From: Phoronis australis
Taxonomy: Eukaryota; Animalia; Phoronida
NCBI GenBank assembly: GCA_002633005.1
Contig: NMRA01000188.1
Span: 665,872-729,871, forward strand
DNA length: 64,000 nt
Direction: 5' to 3'
Both the position numbers and the translations under genes were made by a program. Below are positions 13,799 through 64,000 of this stretch, piece by piece. Under the pieces are notes generated by a model, which ran no database searches, had not been told where the DNA came from, and saw nothing but the letters and a program-made list of their open reading frames with translations. Each line of letters opens with the position of its first letter. Positions within the stretch are counted from its first letter, which is position 1.

Positions 13799-14044
13799 CA
13801 GTACAAGACAAAAGTATTCAGACAAAATGACCTGAAATGCCTCGTCATGGTGGCTGGGCGGAAGCCAAATTCATGACAGAGAATGAAGGAAATTTAACAG
13901 GAAAGTTCGTAAAAGGTAGTTAAACCATTCTGTAATTAGAATTTTGTTGCCCAAACTGTTATTTCCAGCAATCTTTGCTTTAAACAGAATTAGCTGTCAT
14001 GATAGGAAAATGGTATTATGTCTGATCACTTTTGTCTTGTACTG
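13799..14044. mobile_element. Tc1/mariner-type MITE with TA TSD, just 3' of the TPP2 stop
   Basis: TA|CAGTACAAGACAAAAGT...ACTTTTGTCTTGTACTG|TA (17-bp perfect TIR). A diverged relative lies at ~60417-60651. Confidence 0.85.
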
Positions 14045-14198
14045 TAATTCGATTCAGTATAACTTGAAGAAAATGATTTTGAATTAATTATTCCCCTTGT
14101 GAACTATTTATCATCACTTCATTCTAAACTAAAAACGCATATCTGGTGATCTTACCTGAAGATATTATTAAATAACCTATACCGCAGTAGGGTGAACA

Positions 14199-51496
<37,298 letters not shown>

Positions 51497-51720
51497 GACA
51501 GCTCTCGAGTAATCTCGAGTGATTGAGGGGTTTTCCGAAACCTCGCTTGTTCCCTGCGTCAAAGATACTATTACGGCGTGTCGCTAGGTGGCAGAAGCAG
51601 CGAGTTCCGAAAACGAGCACTGCGGCTGCTTGTTGAGCACAACACATTGTGTTTGCTGCATTGACAAAAACAAATTGACGCTCGTGGATTTATGAGCGGG
51701 TAAGTTAACATTTACAAAGT
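51497..51720 (-). promoter_or_regulatory. Probable TPP2 5' UTR / proximal promoter (CpG-rich)
   Basis: CpG-dense unique sequence immediately upstream of the ATG, bounded by the repeat at 51847. Confidence 0.45.
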
Positions 51721-51907
51721 CTGGAAAGCTGGTAAAAGTATAGTTGCCGGGTCCCTATTCAGACCCTATTCAATCCTTCATATCGCCCACAAAAATGATC
51801 ACACATCACACATGAGTCCTTTTCCTCGACTTTCGGTTTCGCCGTAAGTAGGGAGGACAACGTTTTTACTAATTTTTTTTACAATACCCGTGTGTCATAC
51901 ATTTTTG

Positions 51908-53516
51908 GGTAATGGTGTCAAATACGGCACCCAACGTACTTCTGTTTTTCCCATAAATTACTCCTTTTTGGGTAAATAAAGTTAATATCTGGGTACCAAT
52001 GCTAGGCAAATTCTATAGTACTCCCCTTGCGATGTTATTTTTGCTTTAAAACAGCCAGTCTTGCACAAGTACGAACGAATTTCCAGTACTCAATTCTCTC
52101 CCGTACTGACGCCATCTTTTGAAAATAAGAGAACGCACGTCGTGTAAATAACCACCAAATGACTACGAGATTGTTTACTCAGACTTATACTNGTTCGCGA
52201 GATAAACACCTGCCGTATTAGGTGGCCTCTACCGACTATCAGCCCTGCGTGGCGATGAGGTCCTCTTCCATCGTCCGAGCGGTAGGCCTAAAGCACAACA
52301 TGTAGGGGGAAGACCTGCATCCAGCACCAGGTCGGGAAGGAACTAAAACAAACAGGTCCCAAAGAGCATTTGCCACGAACCTATTACCTGTCTCGGACTC
52401 GGTGACGGATTTAGAGGTAAGGGGCCAAGAGATCATGCCCCCCCATAAAACTCTTCCACATTCCATTTCGCAGTTCGAGGGTGCGAATGTCCGACTGGCA
52501 AAATCCTGGCTAATACTCTTCCCTGGCCCCCCTAACTCAAACTTGTTGATCCGCTCTGGCTCAGGTGTAATTTTTGTTCTTTTAAATTCAAAAAGTAAAC
52601 GATGCATCGGATAATAGATGCGGCTCTGATTGGTGTAAGTATTCCGAAAACAACGCGCTTGTTATTAAAACGCTTTGTTTGGATTTCATGCTAATGCGAA
52701 ATTGTCTGTATGTGTTACGATTGAGTAGATACTGGTATTTTTAAAAGAATATGAAGTAGGAATATTGATAAGCCCAATACATTCATCAAATTGATGTCAA
52801 GATCGCATCATTTCGCGAGCGCGACCTACTGAAAAGTTGTGCCTCAACCTCACCCACCGGAATCACGCACATGCACGGCTGGGCCGAAACTGTATAGTAG
52901 TAGACGTACATTTTTTTTACCAGACGACCACGTACTTTATTTGACTCAGAGAGCGTAGTAGAGGCTTTAATTTTTTGTCGGTACCGACCCGATGCGACTT
53001 TGCTCAAGTCTCAGATCGCTTGTGGTCGGACGGACATTTTTCCTCCAAACAACCACGCGCTTTAAGGGCCTTGGCGGAGAAGGCGTGGTCCCGACGTACA
53101 ATTTTTTACCAGACGACCACGTACTTTAAATAAGCTAGTTAGGAGGTATTTAAGGATCATTACTATCCACAAAAGCTCATTGTTCTTAACTTGAACTACC
53201 TCTGCAAAAGTGTGCAGTGCTGGCGGATAACATTGCCAAGAAAAAAAATACCGTGATTGAAATTTCCTTTGCATGTACACGACGTAGTTGTCATCCACAG
53301 GTGGCGCAATAATACAACCACATTCAAACATAGCGTCTCCGCAAGCTCATCGAGTTCGAAAAATTTGTTGATATTACGACTGCATGTTGGAAGTTGGGAG
53401 AAGTATTAACACTGCAAGATAGAAAAAAATAGTCATTTCATATATTCGACCCACATATGTGAGTATTTATAAGGAAAAACAGAAATACGCTGGGAGCCGT
53501 ATTTGACACCATTACC
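51908..53516. mobile_element. Merlin-like non-autonomous DNA transposon (1.6 kb, contains an N at 52192)
   Basis: CATTTTTG|GGTAATGGTGTCAAATACGGC...GCCGTATTTGACACCATTACC|CATTTTTG: a 21-bp perfect TIR extending imperfectly to ~55 bp. GG-starting TIRs with an 8-bp TSD match the Merlin superfamily. Confidence 0.8.
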
Positions 53517-54037
53517 CATTTTTGAAAAGCCCTTGGTGTGAGAAATGAAATGGTGCAAAAATCAGAAAAATTGGATGAGCGGTTGACGAGAAAATGGCTG
53601 TTGAAACGCGACGATTATGCGTAAAATATTTGCCTTTTTACATAATTTCATAAAAAATAAAAGAATATACTTGTGCTGCATATAAAAAGATTCGTCTCAT
53701 TGAGACAAACATGGTGGTGTGTATTATATAAAATTTGGATCGATTTCTACAGAGATATTGCTGTTTAAGTGTGTTGTTAATAACGGCTCACTACACTGAT
53801 TAGCAAAGCCAATGTTCACTGCACCCATTTTCATGACATTTTATCCTATTGTGCACTTCCATGTAAAAATTCTGTGGTATTTTGTGGAGAATCTTACTCA
53901 ATGTAATAAAAAATAATTTCTTACGCTTTGGAATGTTGTCACCTGACAGAAAATCAGTCAAGAGAATAACATTTTACAAGCGACAGAAGACAACTCACAT
54001 TAAACTAGCAATTGTCATGAGGACTTGACAGGAACCT

Positions 54038-54480
54038 CAGTGCCAGCTTGCATGAAACAGTCCCAAATAGGGACTCAACTAATCTTCTACGATCCCTATC
54101 TACATCGTATTTGTTTCATTCTATACTCTCAGGCGTGATATTTTTTCTATCATTTTATCTTTATCATGAGCTCTTCTTTGACTAATGACATTTTCTAATA
54201 ATATAACTGAAAATCAATCCCTTAATTCAATTAATATAATTTGGAACTTAGTCCTTAAATTACGGGCACTGCATGAAAAGATCCCTACTTATTTTCAATA
54301 ATATAGAGATTTCAACGTCGAGTTTACTTTCGGTTTTGTGTTAAAGTAAAAAATTGACTTAAAGTTATGAGACTAAAGCAGCATAGGAAAGGGCAATCAT
54401 TGTTCTCACCAGTCCACAAATTTGCTGTAGATCTAGGGAACTTAGTTGAGTCCCTATTTGGGAAGATTTCATGCAGCCGA
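54038..54480. mobile_element. Second copy of the 42764-43183 MITE
   Basis: Same gtcccaaatagggactc / gagtccctatttggg ends. Internal sequence is in the opposite orientation. Confidence 0.75.
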
Positions 54481-55407
54481 CTACAGGGGTCTCGCGCTAC
54501 TGGCTTATTTACACTAATTTGGAAAGGCTTTGTCCAGTCACGCCTGCTGTGGGTCATAAAAGAGATAATGATACCTAGCAGGTGACGCGACAAACAGAAC
54601 TGCTCTCGTTTACCACTTTGATGCAGATTCACAGTTACTGTGAAATTAAGAATTGTGTTCTTATAAACCATCCTACTGTCAAGTTGTTTCGGGAGACTTG
54701 AGTCTCAATGCTTTGTGCGCAACGGCGATGCACAATTTTTAAAGCTGTGTTCACAATGATCAAAATTAAAACCAGAGAGCAAATATGTATCCCCTGCTTT
54801 CATTTTAAAATAATTAATATTTCAGTCGTGAGCGTAAAAACTACATGACATTCTCATGTGGTTACCGCCCCATATGCCAACTCCGGAATGGTCTCTCACG
54901 ACAACTTAGCGTTATATTTGGCTCACTACTTTAAAAGCAACACGTAGCCCCTCGCATGGTTATATAGGGGCCACAACACTCCCCATCACTTTCTGTTTTA
55001 ATTTCGGTTCATGTATTTTAAGCGTGGTGTAGGCCAAATCTGCCCACCGTTTGAGAGGTTTTAACCTTGTCAAAAATTCATTTTACACTTAAAAAGTTAT
55101 CACTTAAAAAGCGCTCACTGTCTTCACTAATCCTTTCTGGTTCAATACATATCATCCTTGAAGCTTGTCTATGGGAATTAAAATAACTTTAAAAGAATTC
55201 CAACTTCACTTTTTTATCTTTCCACCGCCCGTAATAACCACATAATATTTCAATTGACGTTAGCGTGAGACTGCAGCGAAGCACGTGACCTGTTGCGTGA
55301 CACTTTCGAAAAGTAGTATAGGAAGATAGATATCCTCTGGAGTTTGTAAGATTTGTGTCCCTTGGACTTTTTGTTCTTCAACGCGTGATTTCGCGTGACT
55401 TCGTCAA

Positions 55408-55465
55408 ATGGCATCCGGTGAGGGAAGCTCGAGTGAACCGCGACAGATTTTCATAGATGTTCAAA
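55408..55465 (+). CDS. Possible first coding exon of an unidentified gene divergent from TPP2 (MASGEGSSSEPRQIFIDVQ)
   Basis: caaATGG start in a CpG-rich patch carrying CACGTGAC/GCGTGAC motifs. Donor A|GTATGT at 55466 (alternative G|GTGAGG at 55418). No downstream exon was recognised. Confidence 0.3.
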
Positions 55466-56716
55466 GTATGTTGTTTTCATTGTCTCCAGATTCATGGTGT
55501 GGTATAATTATATACTCAATGTGCATGCATGTTTCGTTCGATGTTTTTCTCTATAATTTGAATTGAGTAAATTTTCATGTAACTGCCTAACTAGTGTGTA
55601 CCATGCCATGCCCATAGATGATCATCACCCTGCAACTCAACCTTTCCGAAAGCTCGTCTGGAAGTCATGATGATTTTCTGACAAAAACTTTGTGAAGAAG
55701 CAACTCAGTTAAATTAAGAAGAGGGATTTTCAGTGCCATTTAAGTTGCATTTCTGATTCAAATTACCTTGTTATCTTTCAAAAATGGAAGCTTCACAGTC
55801 GTCTGTCTGCTTCCTTATCTACTTCAATATGTTATTACCCGTGTTCGAAAAGCAAGATTCATGTACACGCGCTATTCAGCAAACAAGATGACACACACGC
55901 AGTGCCAGCTGTTTGCTTCTGGGACTTGAATGGAAGACAGTGTAACTAGTAAATGCTTTATTCAATGAAAACTTTGAAGTGTTGATATTGGTTACACTGA
56001 TGTTTATGGACTTCGCCATCTTATTCAAAGTTGGTTACCTGTTCAGTGATGTCATCGAGATTAAGCCTGACACCTACCAGTGATTCAATGTTCATTTACA
56101 TTGTAGAAAATGTGTTGGACACACAATCAATCTGTTGTAGACGTGCTTCCAGTGAATCATCTGATCTTCAAGTACCCGCTGACGGGCAATTGCCTATTAA
56201 CTGACTGGTTAGCTCACTTGCCAGTTTTATCGGGATTACTTGTTCGATTTCAGAGTCAAGTGATCTTGATTTTTCAAGGTCGCCAAAAAAAATTTATTGT
56301 CGCATTGATGAAGGCGAGCCCTGTTTTACCAGAAGAAAGATAACGGTTCAGAGTTGTCATTTAAACTCGTGAAAGTGTAGGTTTTTCGAACACTTGTCAA
56401 ACGTAAAACATTTCAAATGAACAGTTCATGTAGGGAGTGCGGTAACTTACTATCCTTGTTACAGGTATGATCATTGTCAGTACTTTTCATTCTGCTTCAC
56501 CAGGTGTCACCGTAATGCGCTTTCATTACTTTGTTTCTAAATTTTTTATCAGTGTTGTCCCTAGGTAATGTTATAACACTGGGTGCTGCACCCTATTTTC
56601 AATTTCATCTGTTGACTCTTTACCCTTGTCAAATCTTGTCCTCTTTCCACCTTTCTAAAGTTATTTATAATTTGTTTACATGCCCTCAGTCATATTACCT
56701 TTGATTTATACATTCA

Positions 56717-57891
56717 TTTTATTTCTGGTCGCTATCATACCATAACCAGCCAAACAGTCAAAATCCTTCCATTTTGGAAGGAATTCAAGTTTTTGTTTAT
56801 TGGTTTCATACTGTTGCTTGGTGGTTTCACGCCCTTTGGTTTGGTTACCAGTTGCAAGATAAGAGCTCCTTGACTTGAAACCATACGCAAACTAAGTATC
56901 TATTTCGATAAATTGCAACTAAAGCCACCGGCGCAGACGACAGTTTCCACACATGTCGTAAAACAGTCGAATGTTGTAAAGTTTTATTAACACGTGCTAA
57001 CGAGTTATCGCTACTACACGTGAGTCTTATACGTAAATCAAAACCTGTAACGATCAAGAGTCAAAATGTGTTGACAAGCAAATGATTGAAATTTGACTTT
57101 CCGTACTCGTCCGCGTTACCGCCCAGGGCGCTTAAATTGGGAATCTATAAAACAGTGCGTGTGCGGTAAGCCGAGAATGGGTGGTCAAAGTCGAAAATTT
57201 TTCAAAGAGTTGTTGCTTACTGCACGAGGGACCGATTTTACCCTGACGGAGCTACACTGACGTCGGAGTTCAAGCATATCAGTTGTAATATAAGTCAGGG
57301 GACTGAAGTACCGGTCTTCGACGGCCTGCGCACAATGAGTGGCATCGTGATCCTGAGTGTGATTAGGTGTTTATGTACCTAAAGTATTCCTACAGGAATA
57401 CTCTCTTGCTTGTGGTTGGGTGCTTCCATTTTGGTGTCAGAAGTGAAAATCATTAAAAACATGCGTTTAACCAAGACAAATGAGATGAATCGTCGGAAAC
57501 CTGGCTTGCGTTCAAAATGCTCAGAACTATACACAAGGACCTAGCTAAAATCGAAACTGTGCCAGATTACGTGAGATACTGCCGTGTATTTAAATTAGAA
57601 CACATCACTTTTGCTAGAACTATTCGAATGCAAGTACCTCGGATGGCGTCCAATCATGAGCTCCTGCATAATCTAAACAACACCTTGGCGATTTGCGCCA
57701 CATGATACCGACACTGATGACTAAACAAGTGAGTTATCACCTCTACGAAGAAGTTCTGATCGTTCAGATTTACTATGGTTTCCAAAAATTCACTAACTTG
57801 TCCTGTCGGACAAGTTGCTCGGCCGTGAACTTTTCCGAACCAACAAATTGGTTGTCCTGGGCTGTCAGACTACCGTTAATGTCGAGCCCTG
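56717..57891. mobile_element. Left-truncated, internally deleted second copy of the 44634-46640 element
   Basis: Colinear with ~44980-45653 and ~46153-46640. Ends gttaatgtcgagccctg. Confidence 0.88.
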
Positions 57892-60416
57892 CCTATGCTG
57901 ATTAATAGAAACACTTTTCTATTTAATATTAATCTTGTCCCAGGAGTATATGCACACCAGGTCATTGTTGAGAGGGACATCGTGGAATACAAAAAATACG
58001 TGTGTACGGAATCACTAACTATATTCGATTGACTAAAACACTTGGTTATAGTACATGTGGCTACAGTGAGCATGCGCAATTAAGACTTACATAAGTTCTA
58101 CATGATTACTAACATATGGTGCCTGCTAGCTAGATTATATACTCAACAGTCATTTCAAGTGAAGGGGTGATTTCTCAGTATATATCTGTACCAGCTGTAT
58201 CAAAAGTTGTCAAAATCCTTCATACAGATGAAGCTCTGTTCAGTCTTGTAGGAAGTAAAGACACCATGGGAAATTGTTGACGAAATCAAACACAAAGATT
58301 TTAGTTACGATCAAGTGGCTTTGAATATGTGTGTGATATGTTTCACATGCAGTTGATCAATAGTTGTTGCAAAATCCATCAAATAAATCCCAGTTTCTTG
58401 TGATGTAATAACTGGAATACCCATTCTCTAATAATGCACTTAAGTCTAACTGTCATTCCATGGTGTCAAATGTATGCAGTTCGGAGGTAGAAGAGGGGAA
58501 AGGTTCAGAATCATTTTTTTAGTGATGAAAACAGAAGCTGTTTTGCTATTTTGGATTTAATAAGGGGAATTAATGAAAAATTCTTTGCTTTACCAAAGAT
58601 ATTACGATTTTCTGTAGGTGCTGGATGTTTGTTCTGAAACTGTTAAAATCATTCGGACAAAATTCGCCATTCAGTAAGAAGGTTTGATACGTACAGGATT
58701 CCATAATTGGGAGTCCAAATTTTCCAATGATTCAGACCAAGTTCGTTTTTTTCCTGCTAGAATGGGCTGTGCGTCGGTGCTCCAGTGGCCTTGGCGCCAT
58801 ACAGTGGTGTAAACACCAATCTTATAGGACAGTACATTTAATGAAATTAAAGTGTCATTGGCATATACCTTTAATTTGTTCAGTGACTTTAAACTGGAGT
58901 AATACTCCAAATTCAAACTCATGTTCCACGTCGTATAAAAACCTTATATGCGAAAATACGGTTTCTACAAATTTTGTTGAATGGTTTGCCCACCACACAG
59001 CTGATTGGGGTTTTGCGACTTTACCAAAATCTAGTCCCATTTAGTACCCACTGATGATCAACATATCAGCAATGTACCTCAGAATGAGACACTGATAGGA
59101 CATATACCTGTCCCACATTTTGTGAAACAATAGACACTGGGTGATAAGAGTGATGGTCTAGAGACATGTGCAAATTGCTTCTACTTCAAATAAAAGCCTT
59201 TGTACACATCAGTGAAACAGCCCCTTGACATTGCAAGCTCGCACAGCATTAAGAATTCCCAGGGAAAAAGAAGTCTAGATACAAATGTATTTGAAACAGT
59301 ACGAGGAAACACTTGAATAACTACCGTAAGACTTTCATACAAGTGATGTCAACGTCAACTTAGTTAATCTAACATATACTTATTAGGTAAACTTTCAGGA
59401 TCAATGTTCCATCTAACCATAAAGTAGTATAGACTGATTCAGAAGTGTTTTTGTTTAGTGAGTCAAATTTTTAATCATACACAGACTCAACATTAGAGCC
59501 TTGTTTTCTGTCAGTGTCATGTCTTGCGTGTGTACAGCTTTCTTCTGGTCATAATGTCAGGTATGCTCTCAAGTTGGTACAGCCAACGTCGGTAAAACTC
59601 TTTGCGCAATCGGAATTCTTGCAGAAACTTCACAACTTCAAATGCGCAATTTCGTCCAACATCTTATGTAATTTAGGTAGGGTAAATGCACCAATTCACC
59701 GACATACGTTTATTCTCAATTTTGGAGCAAATTACAGGAATTCAGATGCTGATGTTATCTGTAAAATCTCATACTTCAAAAGTTCCACAGTTCATAGCAT
59801 GCATATTTGCATTTTGTTGACATCTGCATTATCACCATGATCCGGATCAGGAACTGGATGTCGTATCTGGATCAGGGTCAGCGTCGTAGAACATCTCTTG
59901 GTTAATTGTAAAATAATCCAACTCTTTAGGCCTTTTTGATGGCAGACAACATGACTGGATGTTCTACAAAGTGTCTAGTGCGCATGTCGTTTCATAATGG
60001 AAGACGGACGACACTCAGTGGCTGTCCGAAATACCGTAATTTCACCCTGAAAATGCAAACATCACGCGTTGCTGTTGTCAAAGTAAGGAGTTGTGAAGGG
60101 AATGGGAGTTTTTCACAGAGGTTATAAAGATTGGATCAGCCAACCAACTCCTTATAAATTAATGAGTTGAACTCACTTTTTATTGGCTGATGGCATGAGA
60201 AATGCACCAAAAGCAAATTACCACTGGTATTCATTTAAGTAAGAAATGCACAGGCAACACCCAATAAGATTGGAGTATGGCAACCAAAACTTTAGCCTCA
60301 ATCATTAGTCGAAGGATGTCACAAAAATTTTTAAAAAAAAAATTTGAATTACTGCTCTGTAGCCATTTGTGTTTTCCACCAAATGGGTTTTATTGAATTT
60401 GAAGTTAACTGTGTAC

Positions 60417-60651
60417 AATACAAGCGAAACGTATTCAGACAAAATGACGTGGAATTTCTATTCATGACAGCTGTGTAGAAGCCAGTCATCGTCAGAGTAA
60501 GGCTGAAGGGGAATTAACTAGACAATTAATACGGTGTCTTAACCATTTTGTAATTAGAATGTTTGCTGCCAACAATAGTTATCTAACTGCTGTCATTTTT
60601 GCAGTTAAGAGTATTAGCAGTCATAATGACCTCGTCTGTTATACCGGTACT
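60417..60651. mobile_element. Diverged copy of the Tc1-type MITE at 13799-14044
   Basis: Shares gtattcagacaaaatgac and aaccatt.tgtaattagaat. Ends ...gtactg|ta. Confidence 0.65.
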
Positions 60652-61856
60652 GTATCATTCAACTGTGTGTGGCAACCATTTTTCCCTGCACCACAAAGTG
60701 TGCAATTTGAAAGGAAAATTGTCGAAAGTATTCCTTTTTCATTGCCATTGCTAATCATGCAGCAAACGTGAAAATGAGTATTAAGTTATTTCAGTATGTA
60801 GCCAGCTGATGAACTCTCGTTCATCAACCGTTGTAGTTAAGTAGTCTAGTTATTACTGGCACACGAAAGTTGGGAGTACTCCCAGAGCTAATGGCTGTGT
60901 AATTGCTAGTGTTGGCACTTGTGCTTGTCTTCTTGAAGTGTATGTGAGTACTTGAGTAAGTTGTTCCATTTTAAACAAAATTTTTTCAAGATCATCATAA
61001 AAGTTTAGTTTGTCTAATGTCGATACCTGCCATGTTCACATCAAATCGGTAATAACTGTTGAAATCGATTTAAAACATTACTTATAACTGGGGTGAATTA
61101 GAAAACATTAATACTGAAGAATAAAATCACAAACTAGGGTTATAATAGTTATGTCTGTCCATGTGAAGGGTAATAATTACGGTACATACAGTAAAGATTC
61201 TGGAAATTGGGACATTAAAAAATTTATTAAGAAACATGCAATATTGGTCTTTCTTATTTCAAGAATAACTGGATAGACGGCATTAATCCCCATGCTTGAA
61301 ATTCTGGAATCAAATTTGTAGCGTACAAACAACACCTTTCATGGGTTTATACTTTGTTTATCTGCACAGTCTTAAACATGGCCGACTTTGTGTGAATTAG
61401 AAGTGATTTGGTGGTTAACTTACTGCTATTACAAACCAAAACAATGTGTATCATGTAGAGCATACTTCGGAGTTGGGAAGGTGACGAACTTAAACATTAC
61501 GCATCCAGGGATATTTCTCAACTTGATCCAACTTTCTCCCATCAAAGATAAGCCTACAACTGACTGCAGTAATACTTTGTTGACACTGTAAAAGCAAATA
61601 AAGTAAAAGCAGTTGAGGAAAACTCATAAAGAATACTACATAAGCAAAGAAGATGTGGAACTCCAGTGGCGCATAAATGCCAAGGCTACAAAAGTATTGT
61701 GGGTAAATAAAAGGACATTCTGTGTGTAATCTGGGCCATATTGTCTGTTGAACACAGTTATTGGACATCGTGATACTCCTGCATGTTTTTAAAACTCCAT
61801 CTTTATTGTTGATGTGAGCATTCGTCAGAACCATTTTAGGATGTCATTTTATATTT

Positions 61857-62013
61857 ACCGTAAACTCGTGGGTTTACGCCCATGCCCCAGTAATTGCCCA
61901 TCCCTGACTTTTTGTCAATTTTCAGTTTAAGCGCCCACTGCTTGGGTAATAGACCACTCCCTGTGTCAGGGTTTCCCAATTTAAGCGCCCAGGGCATTAA
62001 CCTGCGAGTTTAC
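61857..62013. mobile_element. Small TACCGTA-type MITE remnant
   Basis: gtaaactcgtgggtttacgccc...gggcattaacctgcgagtttac inverted ends, with internal repeats tttaagcgccca. Confidence 0.55.
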
Positions 62014-63811
62014 TAACTCAATTTGCATCAAATTGAGAGATGTTTTTTTTAGAAGATTTAAAAAAAATGTGTTTTCTTCACAAACATTCCTTGATCACTA
62101 AATAATCATGTAAAACAAAGATGTAGTCATTCACAATACAAAGCAAGTAAACTTTGAAAACTGGTTTTTCAAATTAAAATTCAAATTCTGTAGGTCCGTT
62201 TCACACTCCCCTTAAAAGGGAGCTGTATTTTATTCTTGATAAATTTTGCATGGTTTTCTATGAGTTGTTGATTAATTTCACAAATAATTCAACAGCAAAA
62301 GGTAAACTTATATTTTTTGACAAAACTAAAAGAAAATCACCCGCTTGGAGCACTGCTTCTTGTGACATATTTGATAAGGTGAAGTCAGTGTCCTACATGT
62401 TATGCAGTCTTGTGTTGTTCTTCAAATTGTCGGAATAAGAAATTTATTGTGAAATGTCGGGTCACCAGGTATACATGTTTGACTGAGCTGAGGCAACACA
62501 AAGTGATACCCAGTCGACATTATCGTCACACGAAAATTTGCCGGTGCAACCAGTCCGTATAAACAATTTACACTCAGCCCGATGTGAGTGTGGGCAGTGT
62601 GGACTCTAGCCAACCAGGCAGTTGTCAGCCAATACTCAGCTGTGTAAACTCGAGGGGTTGGTTATTAAGTTACCGACTATAGGTGTATGAAGACTACTGT
62701 ACCACTGTGTGTTGAGCTTTGTTAGACACCAAAATTTCCCACAGCCCGTTGACTACCCGGGTATAGTTCACTTATGGCTATGCTCGTCACCTTGTCGTAG
62801 AACTTACATTAACATGCAGATCTAACGGACTGGTGGGGGTGCATGCAAACTCTGGTAGTCAATTGAGACTCCCCTTATTCGTTGCAGCCGTTTAAGTGGA
62901 AAACAATCAAATAAACATCATGTTCTAGCATAACTCGCCACCTTTTGTAACAAAGAAAAGTGTGTCGTCCATTTCAAAAACAGCATGCACGTGACACGGT
63001 GCACGCGCCATTACGTAAAGTTTTGCGACATCTTTCGCCTGAGATGATGACACCTTCGCAGCTGCAAGGTTTTGTTCTAAAATTCGGTTGGCTGGTATTA
63101 AAATACTAAAAACTTGTAATGAAGCGAAACAAGCTCCGATCATTTGTTGTGACATGTAAGCAACCTTGTGCCGGCAGCGAAGAACAGTTGATAAAAGAAT
63201 GGGGGGTGGGGGGGGGGGAGAAACTGGGAAAGGTCAGGTGATGTAATTGCTAAAAGCTGACTCAAGAGAACACATCACAATTTTAGCAGCAGCCGATTAA
63301 AGACTGTTGGCTTTTCCAACACCGGTAAATAAGGTACTTTAGGCCTACTCAAGGATGAGAGTAGTTTTAACGACACTAATTTTGAGTCAGGTTTTATTTG
63401 TCTATGTTTTACCCATATCTGCGCAACCTGTATATTTAGTATACGGCTTTGGGCCAAGGCTTGGGCAACCCGGCGATGGTATGCGATAACCATCTGCTTT
63501 GAAGACTCCTTTTTCAACTACCAGGCGTCATACAAAAAGGCATTGGGAACCTTTTACAACACGATCGCAAACAATAAAAAACAATAATGACTGAGACAAT
63601 GATAAAATATGATATAAAATCTTCACAACATTGCAGAAGTAATGAATGAGAAAAGCAGTCGATACCCCACCAGGCATGTCACTGACACATCAGTCAATCA
63701 GTGATCGCTGTCCGGATTTCAGTGTTTTGACCATGAATACGAATCGGCTAATATTTGACGCACAAGTCAGTCAAATGTGAGTTTTATTTGTATTTTGAAA
63801 CAGATTAACTA

Positions 63812-63969
63812 CAGGGACGGATCCAGGATTTTGTGTTGGAAATGGGGCCTGGACGGAGTATTAGCCAGGGTTTTGCCAGTCGGACATTCGCATCTGCAAA
63901 CTGCCACATGGAATCTGGGAGAATTTTAGGGGGCCATGGCCCCCTTGGCCCCCATTTAATCGGCCACTG
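63812..63969. mobile_element. ~160-bp GC-rich MITE family, copy in opposite orientation
   Basis: cagggacggatccagg...cggccactg. Internal gagtattagccagg.ttttgccagtcggacattcgca is the reverse complement of 52483-52517. Confidence 0.75.
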
Positions 63970-64000
63970 AACTGCAACATTATTTTGAGTACAGTCCCCT

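Noticed and set aside
52786-53331. 'KVRGRLVK' peptides as Merlin transposase remnants
   Set aside because: They come from a short internal direct repeat, with no flanking IDES or WVFG motifs.

Overview
AT-rich eukaryotic (bilaterian invertebrate-type) genomic DNA, with no prokaryotic features. It contains the homeobox-bearing last coding exon of the ParaHox gene Cdx/caudal (+, 2875-3131). Convergent with it is an almost complete tripeptidyl-peptidase II gene (TPP2, -, 51496-14199). I traced 27 of its 28 inferred coding exons by splice sites and phase. The remaining exon appears to be lost in an N-gap at 20524, and two exons occur twice around an N-join at 28991. A possible first exon of a divergent gene starts at 55408. 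Introns and flanks hold many non-autonomous DNA transposons: a Merlin-like element with an empty/filled site pair, a hAT-like element with a 5-bp TSD, a 2.45-kb foldback and several MITEs. The most unusual feature is a 43-bp minisatellite (at least 43 identical copies) that is an amplified copy of the TPP2 exon-23 end plus its 5' splice site. Also notable are a duplicated 'poison' acceptor at exon 22, a probable GC-AG intron, and TPP2 rather than Xlox lying 3' of Cdx. All coordinates were read by eye. No database searches or folding programs were run.
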